From the IMG/VR virus record IMGVR_UViG_3300036832_001426: DNA of 64,000 nt; one strand, given 5' to 3'. The stretch comes from an uncultured virus (IMG/VR IMGVR_UViG_3300036832_001426). Taxonomy: Duplodnaviria > Heunggongvirae > Uroviricota > Caudoviricetes. Positions within the stretch are counted from its first letter, which is position 1; each line of letters begins with the position of its first letter. The notes under the pieces were generated by a model. That model did no database searches, was not told where the DNA came from, and saw only the letters and a list, made by a program, of their open reading frames with translations. The position numbers were made by a program, and so were the translations under genes. This document shows, one piece after another, positions 1 through 9,316 of the stretch.

Positions 1-52
1 ACGAATCCCGGGGTGAGGGGATATAGTCCTCAGGCAACGGAGGGTATAGACC

Positions 53-2185
53 ATGACCATGCGAACGCTAGTTCTCGGAGTGTTTTTGCTGGGGATCACC
101 AGCGCACAGGCGCAGCAGCAGCGCGAAGAACCGCAGCCCCAAGATTGGGGTTCGCCCACGCTGGATGCGGTGCTCGCCCCGCCCGAAGTTTCAGTGAGCG
201 CTGCGCCCACCAGCGGAGCTGCGCCGCTCCTCGTTAACCTCGCAGTCCAGTGCGACACCTGCGCCAGCTATCGCTGGGACTGGGGCGATCCCGGCAACAA
301 GTATCAGGTCGCGGGGGCGAATCAGTGGCACACCTACAATTCACCGGGCAGCTTCACCGCCACCGTCACCGGAACCGACCAGCAGGGCCAGACCGCGACC
401 GCTTCCATCGTGGTGAATGTCATGTCGCTGGTCCCGCTGGGCGAGAACGATTACTGCGCCAAGGGCGATGTGTGGATTGGACCGAAGCTGGATCGCGCCG
501 CGCATCTGCCCGTGGCCTGCATCTACACCGGGCTCGACGGCTCACCCTCGACGGGAAATAAAATCATTGTCAGCGAGGCCACCATCACCGCGCTGAATCT
601 GGCTGCGTCGGCGGCGACCTGTGGCGACACAATTCTCATTCCGGCGAGCTTCGAGGCGCAGATCTCGACGTGGACCCTGCCTGCCCGCCCCTGCGATGCG
701 GACAGCTGGATCACCATTCGCACCGCCGCCGAGGACAGCGAATTGCCCCCGGAGCATACGCGCCTCACGCCGTGCTATGCGGGCCTCGCCTCATTGCCTG
801 AGCGTCCCGCGTATCCTTGCCCGAACGTCAAGCGCGTGATTCCCAAGCTCTATGCCAAAGGCTCCGCCGATGTGATCTCGTTCGCGGCAGGGGCGAATCA
901 CTACCGCTTCATCGGGCTTGAGATCGCCCGCACCCCGGGCACGGGCATCAACTACGGGCTGATCGAGACCACGGGCGCAGACCACATCATCTTCGACCGC
1001 ATGTGGATTCACGGCTCCGACTATCCCGAGGACTCGAAGAACGGCGTCTTTCTCGCGGACTCGACCAACATCGCGATTGTCAATTCCTACATGACCGAGT
1101 TCAAGTGTGGCCCCACAGCCTGCGTCGACGGCCATGCCGTGTCGGGTGCGGATGGCGTGCTGGAGATCGAGGGCGTGTGGAAGTTCTATAACAATTTCGT
1201 CGAAGCCTCGACCGAGAACATGCTGTTTGGGGGCTCGACCAAGGGCGTTGCCACGCCCACCGATTTGGAGGTGCGGCTGAATCACTTCTTCAAGCGCCCT
1301 TCGTGGAATCCCAAGCACCCCGACTTCGTGCCTCCCACGACGCGCTCGAAAGGCTACATCGTCAAAAATCTTTTCGAGCTGAAGAACGCCCAGCGCGTAC
1401 TGTTCGAGGGCAATTACGGCGAGTACAGCTGGGGTGGCTTCTCGCAGACGGGCTGGTCGATGGTGCTCACCTCTCGCGGATCATGGGCAGCGGTCGCGGA
1501 TGTGACCATCCGCTTCAACAAGTTCTCTCATGTGGGCTCGGGCTTCCAGCTGATCGCCGCGCTGACGCCGCAGCCCCGGGCTGATTCGAAAGAAGCGGCG
1601 CGCTGGAGCCTGCACGACAACGTGATCGACGACATGGATGCCGACTTCTATCTCGGCAGCGGGCAGGCCTTCTCGATGATCTCCGAGTACACTGCACGCC
1701 CGCCGCTCAACAACGTCACCATCAGCCACAACACGTTTTTCAATTACACGCCGCAGCCGGGGAACATGTTCAACCTCGGGGTCGAGGCCGCGAATCCGCA
1801 GAAGCCATTCCAGATTCAGGTGACCGACAACATCATGCGGGCCGCGAAGTATTCGGTGTGGTCGACAGGCAAGGGCACCTGCGTGGTCTCGGGCAAACCG
1901 TGGACAACCTTCACCCAGTGCTACGACACGTTCCACATCGCGAACAACGTGCTCGCCGGGTACGCGGATCCGAAGGGCCCAAGTCAGGGATTTTTCCCCG
2001 GCAACTATCAGACCACCGACCCCATGGGCTCGATGGACTCGATCCAGTTTGTAAACTGGAACAACGGCAAGGATGGCGACTACCATTTGCAGCCCACTTC
2101 GCCCTATCACAACATGGCCAGCGATGGCACCGACCTCGGGGCCAACATCGATGCCGTCAATCAGGCGGTGAAGCTGGCCTACTGA
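53..2185 (+). CDS. Secreted PKD-domain + right-handed parallel beta-helix protein (polysaccharide lyase/pectin-lyase-like)
   Basis: Signal peptide (MRTLVLGVFLLGITSAQA); PKD motif YRWDWGD..HTYNSPGSFTATVT; N/I-rich beta-helix repeats; C-terminal DYHLQPTSPY..DGTDLGANID. Confidence 0.75.
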   Translation: MTMRTLVLGVFLLGITSAQAQQQREEPQPQDWGSPTLDAVLAPPEVSVSAAPTSGAAPLLVNLAVQCDTCASYRWDWGDPGNKYQVAGANQWHTYNSPGSFTATVTGTDQQGQTATASIVVNVMSLVPLGENDYCAKGDVWIGPKLDRAAHLPVACIYTGLDGSPSTGNKIIVSEATITALNLAASAATCGDTILIPASFEAQISTWTLPARPCDADSWITIRTAAEDSELPPEHTRLTPCYAGLASLPERPAYPCPNVKRVIPKLYAKGSADVISFAAGANHYRFIGLEIARTPGTGINYGLIETTGADHIIFDRMWIHGSDYPEDSKNGVFLADSTNIAIVNSYMTEFKCGPTACVDGHAVSGADGVLEIEGVWKFYNNFVEASTENMLFGGSTKGVATPTDLEVRLNHFFKRPSWNPKHPDFVPPTTRSKGYIVKNLFELKNAQRVLFEGNYGEYSWGGFSQTGWSMVLTSRGSWAAVADVTIRFNKFSHVGSGFQLIAALTPQPRADSKEAARWSLHDNVIDDMDADFYLGSGQAFSMISEYTARPPLNNVTISHNTFFNYTPQPGNMFNLGVEAANPQKPFQIQVTDNIMRAAKYSVWSTGKGTCVVSGKPWTTFTQCYDTFHIANNVLAGYADPKGPSQGFFPGNYQTTDPMGSMDSIQFVNWNNGKDGDYHLQPTSPYHNMASDGTDLGANIDAVNQAVKLAY

Positions 2186-2193
2186 GGATTCGA

Positions 2194-2352
2194 ATGGAAC
2201 ACTCCGAACGCTCGCTGCTGCTCGATGCGATTGTGCTGTACGAAAAGCTCAAGAGCGAGGGCGGTCTGCTGGACGCTGAGGTCGACAACTGGGAGCGCTG
2301 GAAGCGCCTCGCCCTCGGCGTTCTGTATCCAGACGTGAAAAAGCCCCAGTGA
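2194..2352 (+). CDS. Hypothetical protein (52 aa)
   Basis: GAGG RBS, ATG at 2194, MEHSERSLLLDAIVLYEK... Confidence 0.5.
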   Translation: MEHSERSLLLDAIVLYEKLKSEGGLLDAEVDNWERWKRLALGVLYPDVKKPQ

Positions 2353-2379
2353 ATCACTTATAAGTGATTCGCCGGGGCT
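2342..2379. terminator. Hairpin between convergent genes (perfect 20-bp palindrome GAATCACTTATAAGTGATTC at 2351-2370)
   Basis: Palindrome extended by AGCCCC/GGGGCT, located at the convergence of + and - genes. Confidence 0.55.
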
Positions 2380-2398
2380 GGGAGTGGAGAAGCTTTAG

Positions 2399-2650
2399 CT
2401 ATTGGCGGTCGATGGCGTCGCGCAGCGCGTCGATCTCTTTCGCGACGTCATCCAGCTTGCGGAAGCGGGCCGAGTGCTCATCCTGCGCCTCGTAGATCAC
2501 GTTGAAGCCCTGCGGGTAGTAATCGCGGCCATTGGGGGCGCAGGCTGCGAGCTTTGCCTCCGCGTCGAGGATCGCGTGGTAGGCCTCGCTCAGGGCGTCC
2601 ATGAGATCCGACTTCGCAGTGCCGTTGAGGTGGACCGTGGGAATTTTCAT
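2399..2650 (-). CDS. Phage hypothetical protein (PTVHLNGT...PNGRDYY)
   Basis: ATG at 2650 overlapping the upstream stop; phage-like codon usage. Confidence 0.7.
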   Translation of the reverse strand: MKIPTVHLNGTAKSDLMDALSEAYHAILDAEAKLAACAPNGRDYYPQGFNVIYEAQDEHSARFRKLDDVAKEIDALRDAIDRQ

Positions 2651-2829
2651 CGGGTCGCCTCGTTTCCCAGCGCGGCGTATTCGCGGTCCACGATGACCCG
2701 GCGCTCGCGCAGGATCAGGAAGGTTTCGTTGTAGTCGCGGCGGCGTTCGTCGGTCCTCTGCCGATAGGCCATCGAATCGCAGTACAGCTGCGCCCGGTAC
2801 AGCAAGGAGCTGGCTTCGAGTCGGGTCAT
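2647..2829 (-). CDS. Hypothetical protein
   Basis: Tandem 4-nt overlaps with both neighbours. Confidence 0.55.
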   Translation of the reverse strand: MTRLEASSLLYRAQLYCDSMAYRQRTDERRRDYNETFLILRERRVIVDREYAALGNEATR

Positions 2830-3134
2830 CGCTGCGCCGCCTTCTGCTTGTCGGCGAGGATGCCCATGATGACGCGGATCGCGCCCATCGAGTCATGCAG
2901 CTCGCGGGCAGCGCTGCGGGTGGCCTTGGAGTCCGCGAGCGTGTTGTCCCGCAGCTGCACCTGCACGCGGTAGATCGCATCCCGCAGCTGCTCCAGTTTA
3001 GCGTTGGCGTAGTGCCGGGCGTCGGGCTCGCTCAGCTTCTCGACGAAAGCGTAGTCGCGCAAATCGTCCTCCGCCATCGCCATGTCGGAGAGGTGTTCTT
3101 TCTGGTTATCCAGTGCATCGAAGAAATCGTTCAT
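2826..3134 (-). CDS. Hypothetical helical protein
   Basis: AAGGAG RBS; operon context. Confidence 0.65.
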   Translation of the reverse strand: MNDFFDALDNQKEHLSDMAMAEDDLRDYAFVEKLSEPDARHYANAKLEQLRDAIYRVQVQLRDNTLADSKATRSAARELHDSMGAIRVIMGILADKQKAAQR

Positions 3135-3202
3135 TTGCTGTTGCTCCTTGCGGTGAGTGTCACCGTTACAGCCCCCTGTGCCGGAGGCTGTGGCTGTGGC
3201 GC

Positions 3203-3505
3203 TCAGGCGAGGTCTGCCAGCACCGTTGCCAACTCCCTGCGCCAGAATCCCAGCGTCGTGCCTTTACAGGAGTAGACGTAGATGCCCGCTGACGGCTGAT
3301 AGTGGGGGTGCACGAAGTAGTAGTACGATCCGCCCCGCACATTGCGCAACAGCTTCCAGCCCTGCGCCTCCGGGGTCAGCATCGCGTTCAGCTGGCCCAG
3401 CGTCTTGACCACGGTTTCATCGGCTGGCCGCTCCCGCTTCTCGCGCCGTCTCTGGGCCTTGGCCAGTGCCGAAGGGCCGATTTCTGTACCGCGTGCATTC
3501 TTCAT
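3203..3505 (-). CDS. Hypothetical protein (MKNARG...)
   Basis: AAGGAG RBS upstream of ATG 3505; first gene after a strong leftward promoter. Confidence 0.6.
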   Translation of the reverse strand: MKNARGTEIGPSALAKAQRRREKRERPADETVVKTLGQLNAMLTPEAQGWKLLRNVRGGSYYYFVHPHYQPSAGIYVYSCKGTTLGFWRRELATVLADLA

Positions 3506-3541
3506 TTGCTGTGCTCCTTGTGAGAAAGTCACCACCGACCC

Positions 3542-3626
3542 ATAATAGACGGAGCCCGGATTCATGTCAACAACATAATGGGGGCGCTTTCCTCTTATTG
3601 GACGAATCCGTCTATTGTCTCAAAAT
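3542..3626. promoter_or_regulatory. Divergent sigma70-type promoters sharing an inverted operator-like motif
   Basis: Leftward TTGACA(3570-3565)-N17-TATTAT(3547-3542); rightward TTGGAC(3598)-N17-CAAAAT(3621); inverted repeat AATAGACGGA (3544) / TCCGTCTATT (3607). Confidence 0.6.
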
Positions 3627-4011
3627 GCGAATCCCGCTACAGGCGCGGCAAGGCGCTCGACCATAGCTACCCAGCCTGAAAAGACGATTGCTCGCGTACG
3701 GGCTTCTAATGCGCCGCAAATGCTGTGTACTCCTGAGCAACCTTTAGGCGAGCAAAAGGCGAAGCGCGCCCATTATTCCCAATGTACGCATGCCATGGGC
3801 CAAAACGGCTGTGGGGATATTAACAGGCGAGTAAACTTGGGAAATATTTCTTGACCGGGGGCAGGCGAGAGGCGTAGGGTCTGAGGCCTACACTTTCTCT
3901 CCAGATCGTGTGGCGTTTGAGGTTTGGACTTCAGACGTCCCTGCCGTGGGAACCACAGCAGCTGGGCGCATGAGCAATCGTGCGCCCCGGCAGTTTCAGG
4001 GGTTCTCACGA

Positions 4012-5130
4012 ATGCCACGCATACGATCATACAAAGCCGAGTTCTTCGATGATTCCAAGGTGCTGGAGTGTTCTCTTCCGGCGCGCCTGCTGTTCCTCGG
4101 GTTGTTGCCTCACTGTGATGACCGGGGGCGGATGCAGTACTCGCTCGACAACCTGAAGGGCAGGTTCTTCTCTTCCCGGCTGGACTCTGAGATCGGTCGC
4201 GGTGAGATCGAAGCTTTCCTCGCCGAGCTTGAGGCCGTGGGCCTGATCGAGACTTACTCTGTCAAGCCACCCGGATCCCGGGAGAACATGCGAGCCCAGC
4301 GCTGGCTGCGCATCGTCCAATTCGCCCGCCACCAAGTGATCAACAAGCCCTCGCACTGCAATAGCCCGTATTCACCATTAGAGCTTGAATCCCGCGATTT
4401 GCTGCTTCATATCTGTGCTTGTGACCCAAAGCGCACACATCATCCAGAATGTGAGGAATTGCGCGAACAGGCTGCGGTTTCAATGCGTAACGGACGGCCA
4501 ACCCTCGCGATGTTCCTGCGGGAACTCACGGACGAGTCCGTGAATGGTACGGGACTAGTACGGGAGTACGGGACTAGTACGGGACAGGTCACGGACTTGT
4601 ACCGTGGGATAGGAGTGGAAAGGAGTAAATCTAAACCCTCTCGGGGCGAAAGTGAATTCGAACCGCAGGCTTTTGACTATTCCGAGTCCCGCCAGAGACC
4701 ACCTGACCCTCACCAGCAAGCAAGCGAAGAGCGTCGCACTCAACGTCGGGAGGCTGACGAAATCGCTATGCGAATGTTGGGCATTCTTCAGGTCGACGCC
4801 AACCCTAAGAATCTACACCTATTAGCCAAGGCCATCGAAATCAGGGCCAGATCGAGAGCGACCTCCATCGAGCTGGCAGGGCAGGGGATCCTCGCGAGCG
4901 CCGCCTTGATGGCCACTGAATCGCCGCCGGACAGCTGGGAACAGTGGCTCGAAGATGCGCGGTATCTCTATGTTCCACAGGGAGATCCGCGCCTGAAGGA
5001 TATCCACATCGAGGCCCGGCCAGTGTGCGGTGGAGGACGGTGTAGCGACGGCTGGGAGATGTTCAAACGGGGCGATCAGCTGGCTTCCCGGCGCTGCCCT
5101 GACTGCGTCAAGCTCTGGGGTGAGTCATGA
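4012..5130 (+). CDS. Phage replication initiator-like protein
   Basis: N-terminus MPRIRSYKAEFF..ARLLFLGL..DDRGR typical of phage initiator wHTH domains; internal iteron-like repeats; C-terminal Cys cluster. Confidence 0.7.
   Translation: MPRIRSYKAEFFDDSKVLECSLPARLLFLGLLPHCDDRGRMQYSLDNLKGRFFSSRLDSEIGRGEIEAFLAELEAVGLIETYSVKPPGSRENMRAQRWLRIVQFARHQVINKPSHCNSPYSPLELESRDLLLHICACDPKRTHHPECEELREQAAVSMRNGRPTLAMFLRELTDESVNGTGLVREYGTSTGQVTDLYRGIGVERSKSKPSRGESEFEPQAFDYSESRQRPPDPHQQASEERRTQRREADEIAMRMLGILQVDANPKNLHLLAKAIEIRARSRATSIELAGQGILASAALMATESPPDSWEQWLEDARYLYVPQGDPRLKDIHIEARPVCGGGRCSDGWEMFKRGDQLASRRCPDCVKLWGES
4526..4600. repeat. Iteron-like repeats, candidate replication origin
   Basis: GTACGGGA at 4547, 4558, 4566 and 4577; inverted repeat TCACGGAC/GTCCGTGA at about 4527-4543; all inside the initiator gene. 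Confidence 0.6.
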
Positions 5131-5425
5131 ATAACCCATGCATAAAGGGCAGAGATGCGATGCTAAACCCTTTAGATGCAGAGGTGTCGGTGGTTCAGCA
5201 CGAACCCTTCGAGCGAGGAGGGGTGGTGCCAGTGACTCCCCCTGTCCAGCTGACACCCACCCTCCCCTATAGGCTCGGGCCCCCGTCACCCCCGACCGGG
5301 GCCGGGTGGCTGTTTAAATCTACCCTCCTTCTCTCCGCCGTAATAGGAAAAAATTCACAGGCCAAGTTGTTGAGAAATGAGGGGGTAGGAGTCTCAGGAA
5401 TTTTAAAAAATTCTGAAAAATTTTC

Positions 5426-5944
5426 ATGAAGCGATGGCAGCTCAAAGTCGAGGACGGGATCGCAGCGCTGATTGACCGGGCGGCAGGAGAGCGGGGCATG
5501 AACCGGACGAGTTTCCTGCTGAGTGCAGCGCTGGGGGCAGTCAACGGTACACACAAAGTAGTACTTCGTACACACAAAGTGCTGCCTGTGGAAAATTCTG
5601 AAGCCAAGGAAAACGAGACGCAGAAAGAGATACAAGAACTCCCGGGGATGGTGCGGGAGGTCTGGGGGCACTACATGGGGGTTATTAAGAGGAACCCAAG
5701 GCTGTACACGTTGACCCAGAAGCGGCTGGGGATGGGGGTGAGGCGGCTGCGGGATCTGGAGCAGCGGAAGGTGCCGAGGGAGAACTGGGTAACGATCATG
5801 AAGCTGTGTGTGGACAGGTTGCACGGGTCGGCTTTTCACAACGGGGAGAACGAGTACCGGAAGAAGTACGTGGACTGGGAGATCCTGTTTCGCTCGACCG
5901 AGCAGTTTGAGAAGTGGCTGGACGATGAGAGGTGGCGGAAATGA
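5426..5944 (+). CDS. RHH-domain protein with replication-protein-like C-terminus
   Basis: WQLKVEDGIAALIDRAAGERGMNRTSFL (RHH pattern); C-terminal FHNGEN..YVDWEILFR; internal direct repeat GTACACACAAAGT x2 (5547, 5568). Confidence 0.6.
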   Translation: MKRWQLKVEDGIAALIDRAAGERGMNRTSFLLSAALGAVNGTHKVVLRTHKVLPVENSEAKENETQKEIQELPGMVREVWGHYMGVIKRNPRLYTLTQKRLGMGVRRLRDLEQRKVPRENWVTIMKLCVDRLHGSAFHNGENEYRKKYVDWEILFRSTEQFEKWLDDERWRK

Positions 5945-6189
5945 TCGAGCCCTGTATGCAGAGCGACCCGGACGACCGGAAGGTGACCTGCGGCTTGCCG
6001 CTGGGGCACAAGGGGTTGTGCGACTGGGCCCGGCGGCACGGCATACCGCTGGAATTTTATGCTCCGGCTATGACGCCCCTGCAGATCATCAAGCAGCAGG
6101 CGCTCATTCTGGCGGGCTCAGGCAGACGCGAGGATTTCAAATTGGTGGAGCGGCTCTTTGCCGCGCTGCCGGAACTGAGGGATGTATGA
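5941..6189 (+). CDS. Hypothetical protein with C/H cluster
   Basis: ATGA overlaps on both sides. Confidence 0.55.
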   Translation: MIEPCMQSDPDDRKVTCGLPLGHKGLCDWARRHGIPLEFYAPAMTPLQIIKQQALILAGSGRREDFKLVERLFAALPELRDV

Positions 6190-7829
6190 AGCCGACGCGG
6201 GACCAGATTTTGCGATATGTGGCGGATCGTTTTTCGGGGCAGCATGTCACGGCGCGGAAGCAGTTGATGTTGCGCTGCCCGTTTCACGCGGACTCCAGCG
6301 CGAGTTTGTCTTTCAATACCGAGGAAGGGGTGTGGAAGTGTTTCACGGGATGCGGGGAGGGTGGGCTCATCGACTTCGAGCACAAGCTCAATGGTGGATC
6401 GCGGGAGGAGGCGCGGGCCCGCATGGAGGAGGTAATGGGCGCAGAGCACCTATTTGTGGGCGGCCTGAAAAAGATTGTGGCGGTTTACAAGTACGTGGAC
6501 GTGCAGGGCAATCTGGTATTCGAAAAGGTGCGCTACGATCCCAAGGATTTCAAGTGTCGCATCCAGCTGCCCAATGGCGGGTATCAGATGCACCTAAACT
6601 CCACCACCGAGAAGCCGCTCTATCGGCTGCCCCAAGTGATGCGGGCGGGCGTCATCATCGTGGTCGAGGGCGAGAAGGATGCGGATCGCGTGATGACCCT
6701 CGGGTTGCAGGATGTGGCGGCGACCACGGCGGAAGCGGGAACCAGCGTCTGGCGCGATGAGGACTCGGCGTACTTCAAGGGCAAGAAGGTTGTGGTGTTG
6801 CCAGATAACGATGAGGGCGGCAAGCGGCACGCGGAGCGCATCGCGGAGTCGGCGATGAAGCACGGCGCTGCTGGCGTGAAGCTGATCGAGCTGCCCGGTC
6901 TGGGCCCGAAAGGCGACATCTCGGACTGGCTCGATGCCGGGCACACGGTCGAGGAATTCGTGCAGCTGGTGAAAACCACGCCCCACTGGCGGGCCAAAGA
7001 GGCGGAGTACGTGCTCACCGTCGACGGCGCGGAATTCGCGGCGCAGGCCCCGGAGCGCATCGACTGGCTGCTCGATCAGATCATCCAGAAAGGCGGCAAC
7101 GGCATCATCGCGGGCACGCAAAAGGCGGGCAAGTCGCTGGCGGCGATCTATCTCCTGCTCTCGCTCATGACCGGGACGCCATGGTTCGGATTCCGTGTGC
7201 CCCGGCGCATCAAGTGCGGTCTGGTCAGCCGCGAGGATCATCCCTCGCTCACCGCCCAACGCCTCGCCCAGCTCTGGCGCGGCGGCGACTGGCGCGATCA
7301 CTACCATGGCTGGCTGCGCCTCAACACCCGCAAGCAGACGCCGACTTTCCTGCTCAATGACGACGCGACCGTCAGTCAGCTGATCGCGGAATACCAGCGG
7401 GCGGAGGTCGAGTTCGCGGTCTTCGATGTCTTCCGCAAGCTGCATCATGCGGACGAGAACGATAATTCGGAGATGCAGAAAATTTTGGAGGTGCTCAACC
7501 GCTTTCAGGCGGAGGTGGGCTGCGCGGTCGCGCTGGTACATCACATTTCCAAACATTACGAGGGCTCGGTCTTCCGCAACATTCGCGGCGCGGGTGCAAT
7601 CGACGGCTGGACAGAATGGGCGATGGGTATCACCATCACCAACCCCGGGGAGAAGAGTTCGCGCAAGTTTATCCGCGAGTGCCAGTTCGAGACCAAGGCG
7701 GCGGAGTCGGCTGACCCCATCTGCTTCCGCGTCGAGTCGGGGCTCGATACCATGCGGCTGGTGCTCACCGACGGGCCCAAGGATGATTCGAATTTTTCCA
7801 TGGCGCAATTGCTCACGGAAAGAGGGTAG
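6186..7829 (+). CDS. DNA primase-helicase (CHC2 Zn finger, TOPRIM, RecA/AAA_25-type ATPase)
   Basis: CPFHAD..WKCFTGC; VVEGEKDA; LPDNDEGG; GTQKAGKS Walker A; VFD Walker B; LVHH. Confidence 0.9.
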   Translation: MKPTRDQILRYVADRFSGQHVTARKQLMLRCPFHADSSASLSFNTEEGVWKCFTGCGEGGLIDFEHKLNGGSREEARARMEEVMGAEHLFVGGLKKIVAVYKYVDVQGNLVFEKVRYDPKDFKCRIQLPNGGYQMHLNSTTEKPLYRLPQVMRAGVIIVVEGEKDADRVMTLGLQDVAATTAEAGTSVWRDEDSAYFKGKKVVVLPDNDEGGKRHAERIAESAMKHGAAGVKLIELPGLGPKGDISDWLDAGHTVEEFVQLVKTTPHWRAKEAEYVLTVDGAEFAAQAPERIDWLLDQIIQKGGNGIIAGTQKAGKSLAAIYLLLSLMTGTPWFGFRVPRRIKCGLVSREDHPSLTAQRLAQLWRGGDWRDHYHGWLRLNTRKQTPTFLLNDDATVSQLIAEYQRAEVEFAVFDVFRKLHHADENDNSEMQKILEVLNRFQAEVGCAVALVHHISKHYEGSVFRNIRGAGAIDGWTEWAMGITITNPGEKSSRKFIRECQFETKAAESADPICFRVESGLDTMRLVLTDGPKDDSNFSMAQLLTERG

Positions 7830-7860
7830 TCACACAGCTGGAGAGAAGGAGAAAAACACC

Positions 7861-8235
7861 ATGCAATATCGCGACATCGTGCGGCAGGCAGAAGAGAAAC
7901 TCAGGCAGGCAAACGGCAACCGACTCACCATCGACGCGGCGGAGCTGGTGAAGCTCTACCTCGCGATCCCGCGCCCCCAGCACGGCGATGAGTGGGGCAA
8001 CTGGAAGCTGAACTCCGACGAAGGCTACGACTGGCTCGACTTCGCAGACGGGGAGTGGTATTGGGCGAACTCGCCCTATTACATTCCGGTCGCCGAGCTG
8101 CTCGCTGACGACGGTCTCCTCCGCTGGCTGAAGCACCTGTCCGAAAAAGTGTGGTTCGGGTCGAACCCGGAAAACGCGGGCAACTTCCTCTGCGCGGTGT
8201 TCGATCTGCGCGGGTCACGGGACTCGCGACATTAG
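7861..8235 (+). CDS. Hypothetical protein
   Basis: AAGGAG RBS, ATG at 7861. Confidence 0.65.
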   Translation: MQYRDIVRQAEEKLRQANGNRLTIDAAELVKLYLAIPRPQHGDEWGNWKLNSDEGYDWLDFADGEWYWANSPYYIPVAELLADDGLLRWLKHLSEKVWFGSNPENAGNFLCAVFDLRGSRDSRH

Positions 8236-8251
8236 ACGAGGAGCGCCTATT

Positions 8252-8578
8252 ATGAATAATCGCATGGTCCGTGAAGTCGAATGCCCGCACTGCGCTGCCG
8301 TGCTCGATGTGAAGGTCAAGGTACAGCTGGTCACGCCCGGCGAAATCCTTGAGGAATCGGTGACCAAACTTAGCGTCAGCATGCGCCTCTACAACGTTCT
8401 GCTCCACGCCCATATTCTGACCGTGGGCGAGCTGGCCGAAAAGACCGAGAGCGAACTGGGCCGCATCAAGGGCTGCGGGAAAAAGACCGTGCCGGAAGTG
8501 CGCTCCGTGCTGGCCGCGAAAGGGCTGCAGTTGCGCCCCGAGGGAGATGAAGCGCAAAGCGCGGAGCTGAGACCATGA
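8252..8578 (+). CDS. Zn-ribbon + stand-alone RNA polymerase alpha C-terminal-domain homologue
   Basis: CPHC, then LSVSMRLYNVL..HILTVGEL...TESEL..IKGCGKKTV.EV..VL..KGL, matching the alpha-CTD HhH pattern. Confidence 0.8.
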   Translation: MNNRMVREVECPHCAAVLDVKVKVQLVTPGEILEESVTKLSVSMRLYNVLLHAHILTVGELAEKTESELGRIKGCGKKTVPEVRSVLAAKGLQLRPEGDEAQSAELRP

Positions 8579-9199
8579 CCCACACCTGCCCGGCTTGCGG
8601 CAGGGAGTGGGAGTGTGCCTGCACCGACAAGGTCAAGCGCGAACACGCTTTGCTGTTCGGCGAGCATGAGGAAGAGATTGCCTGCTCCGAGCAGTGCGCC
8701 CGGCATCTGCTGGCCCTGCGGAATTTTTTAAGGAGGCATCGCTGATGATGATGATGAGCCGGATTCCCTCGACCAAGTGCGAGAGCTGTCACTGGCGCTA
8801 TCCCCACTCCATGCTCAGCCCTTATCACTCCAGCGCCGGAAACCTCGGCCCGGTGTGCGGCATCTGCGCCCTGCTGCTGTCGAACCGCGATCTGGGCATG
8901 GAGCGCACCCACTTCACCGGGCAATTTGCCGAGCACATGCGGCAGATGGCGCTGACGTGGCGGGAGCGTCATCCTGACCTCGGGCCCAAGCCGGAGGTGA
9001 TTCCATGAAGCCCCCGCGAGAGGTCCACGGTCTCACCGACGACGAGCTCAGGGAAGCGCGGATCTGGTGGCAGGCGCTCGCCGACAGCACCAAGGCGCAC
9101 GCCTCGATCTGGACAATTCTGGCGCTCTACGCCCAGCACTGGGCAAAGGTACATACCGTCAGTTTTGCTAGTGACGACGAGGAGGCGCAAATGCGTTAA
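8575..9199 (+). other. Three short tandem hypothetical ORFs (8575-8745, 8745-9008, 9005-9199), two Cys-rich
   Basis: Overlapping start/stop codons and RBS motifs. Confidence 0.55.
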
Positions 9200-9316
9200 T
9201 GTTCTTGACATGGAACACTTGGGGGAGTAATACAGTCGTCAACGCAGTCCGGTTTGCGGTGACCCCTGATGTACCACTTCCCAAGCGAAAGGAAAACTTA
9301 ACCCGTGAGGAGAAAT

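Noticed and set aside
4547..4600. CRISPR-like array
   Set aside because: Repeats are 8 bp with 0-3 bp spacing inside a CDS, and there are no cas genes
5127..5429. 100-aa ORF between the replication genes
   Set aside because: Atypical composition and homopolymer runs; more likely a non-coding cis region
5808..6185. N-terminal extension of the primase in the ORF track
   Set aside because: It overlaps two better genes; the real start is probably ATG 6186
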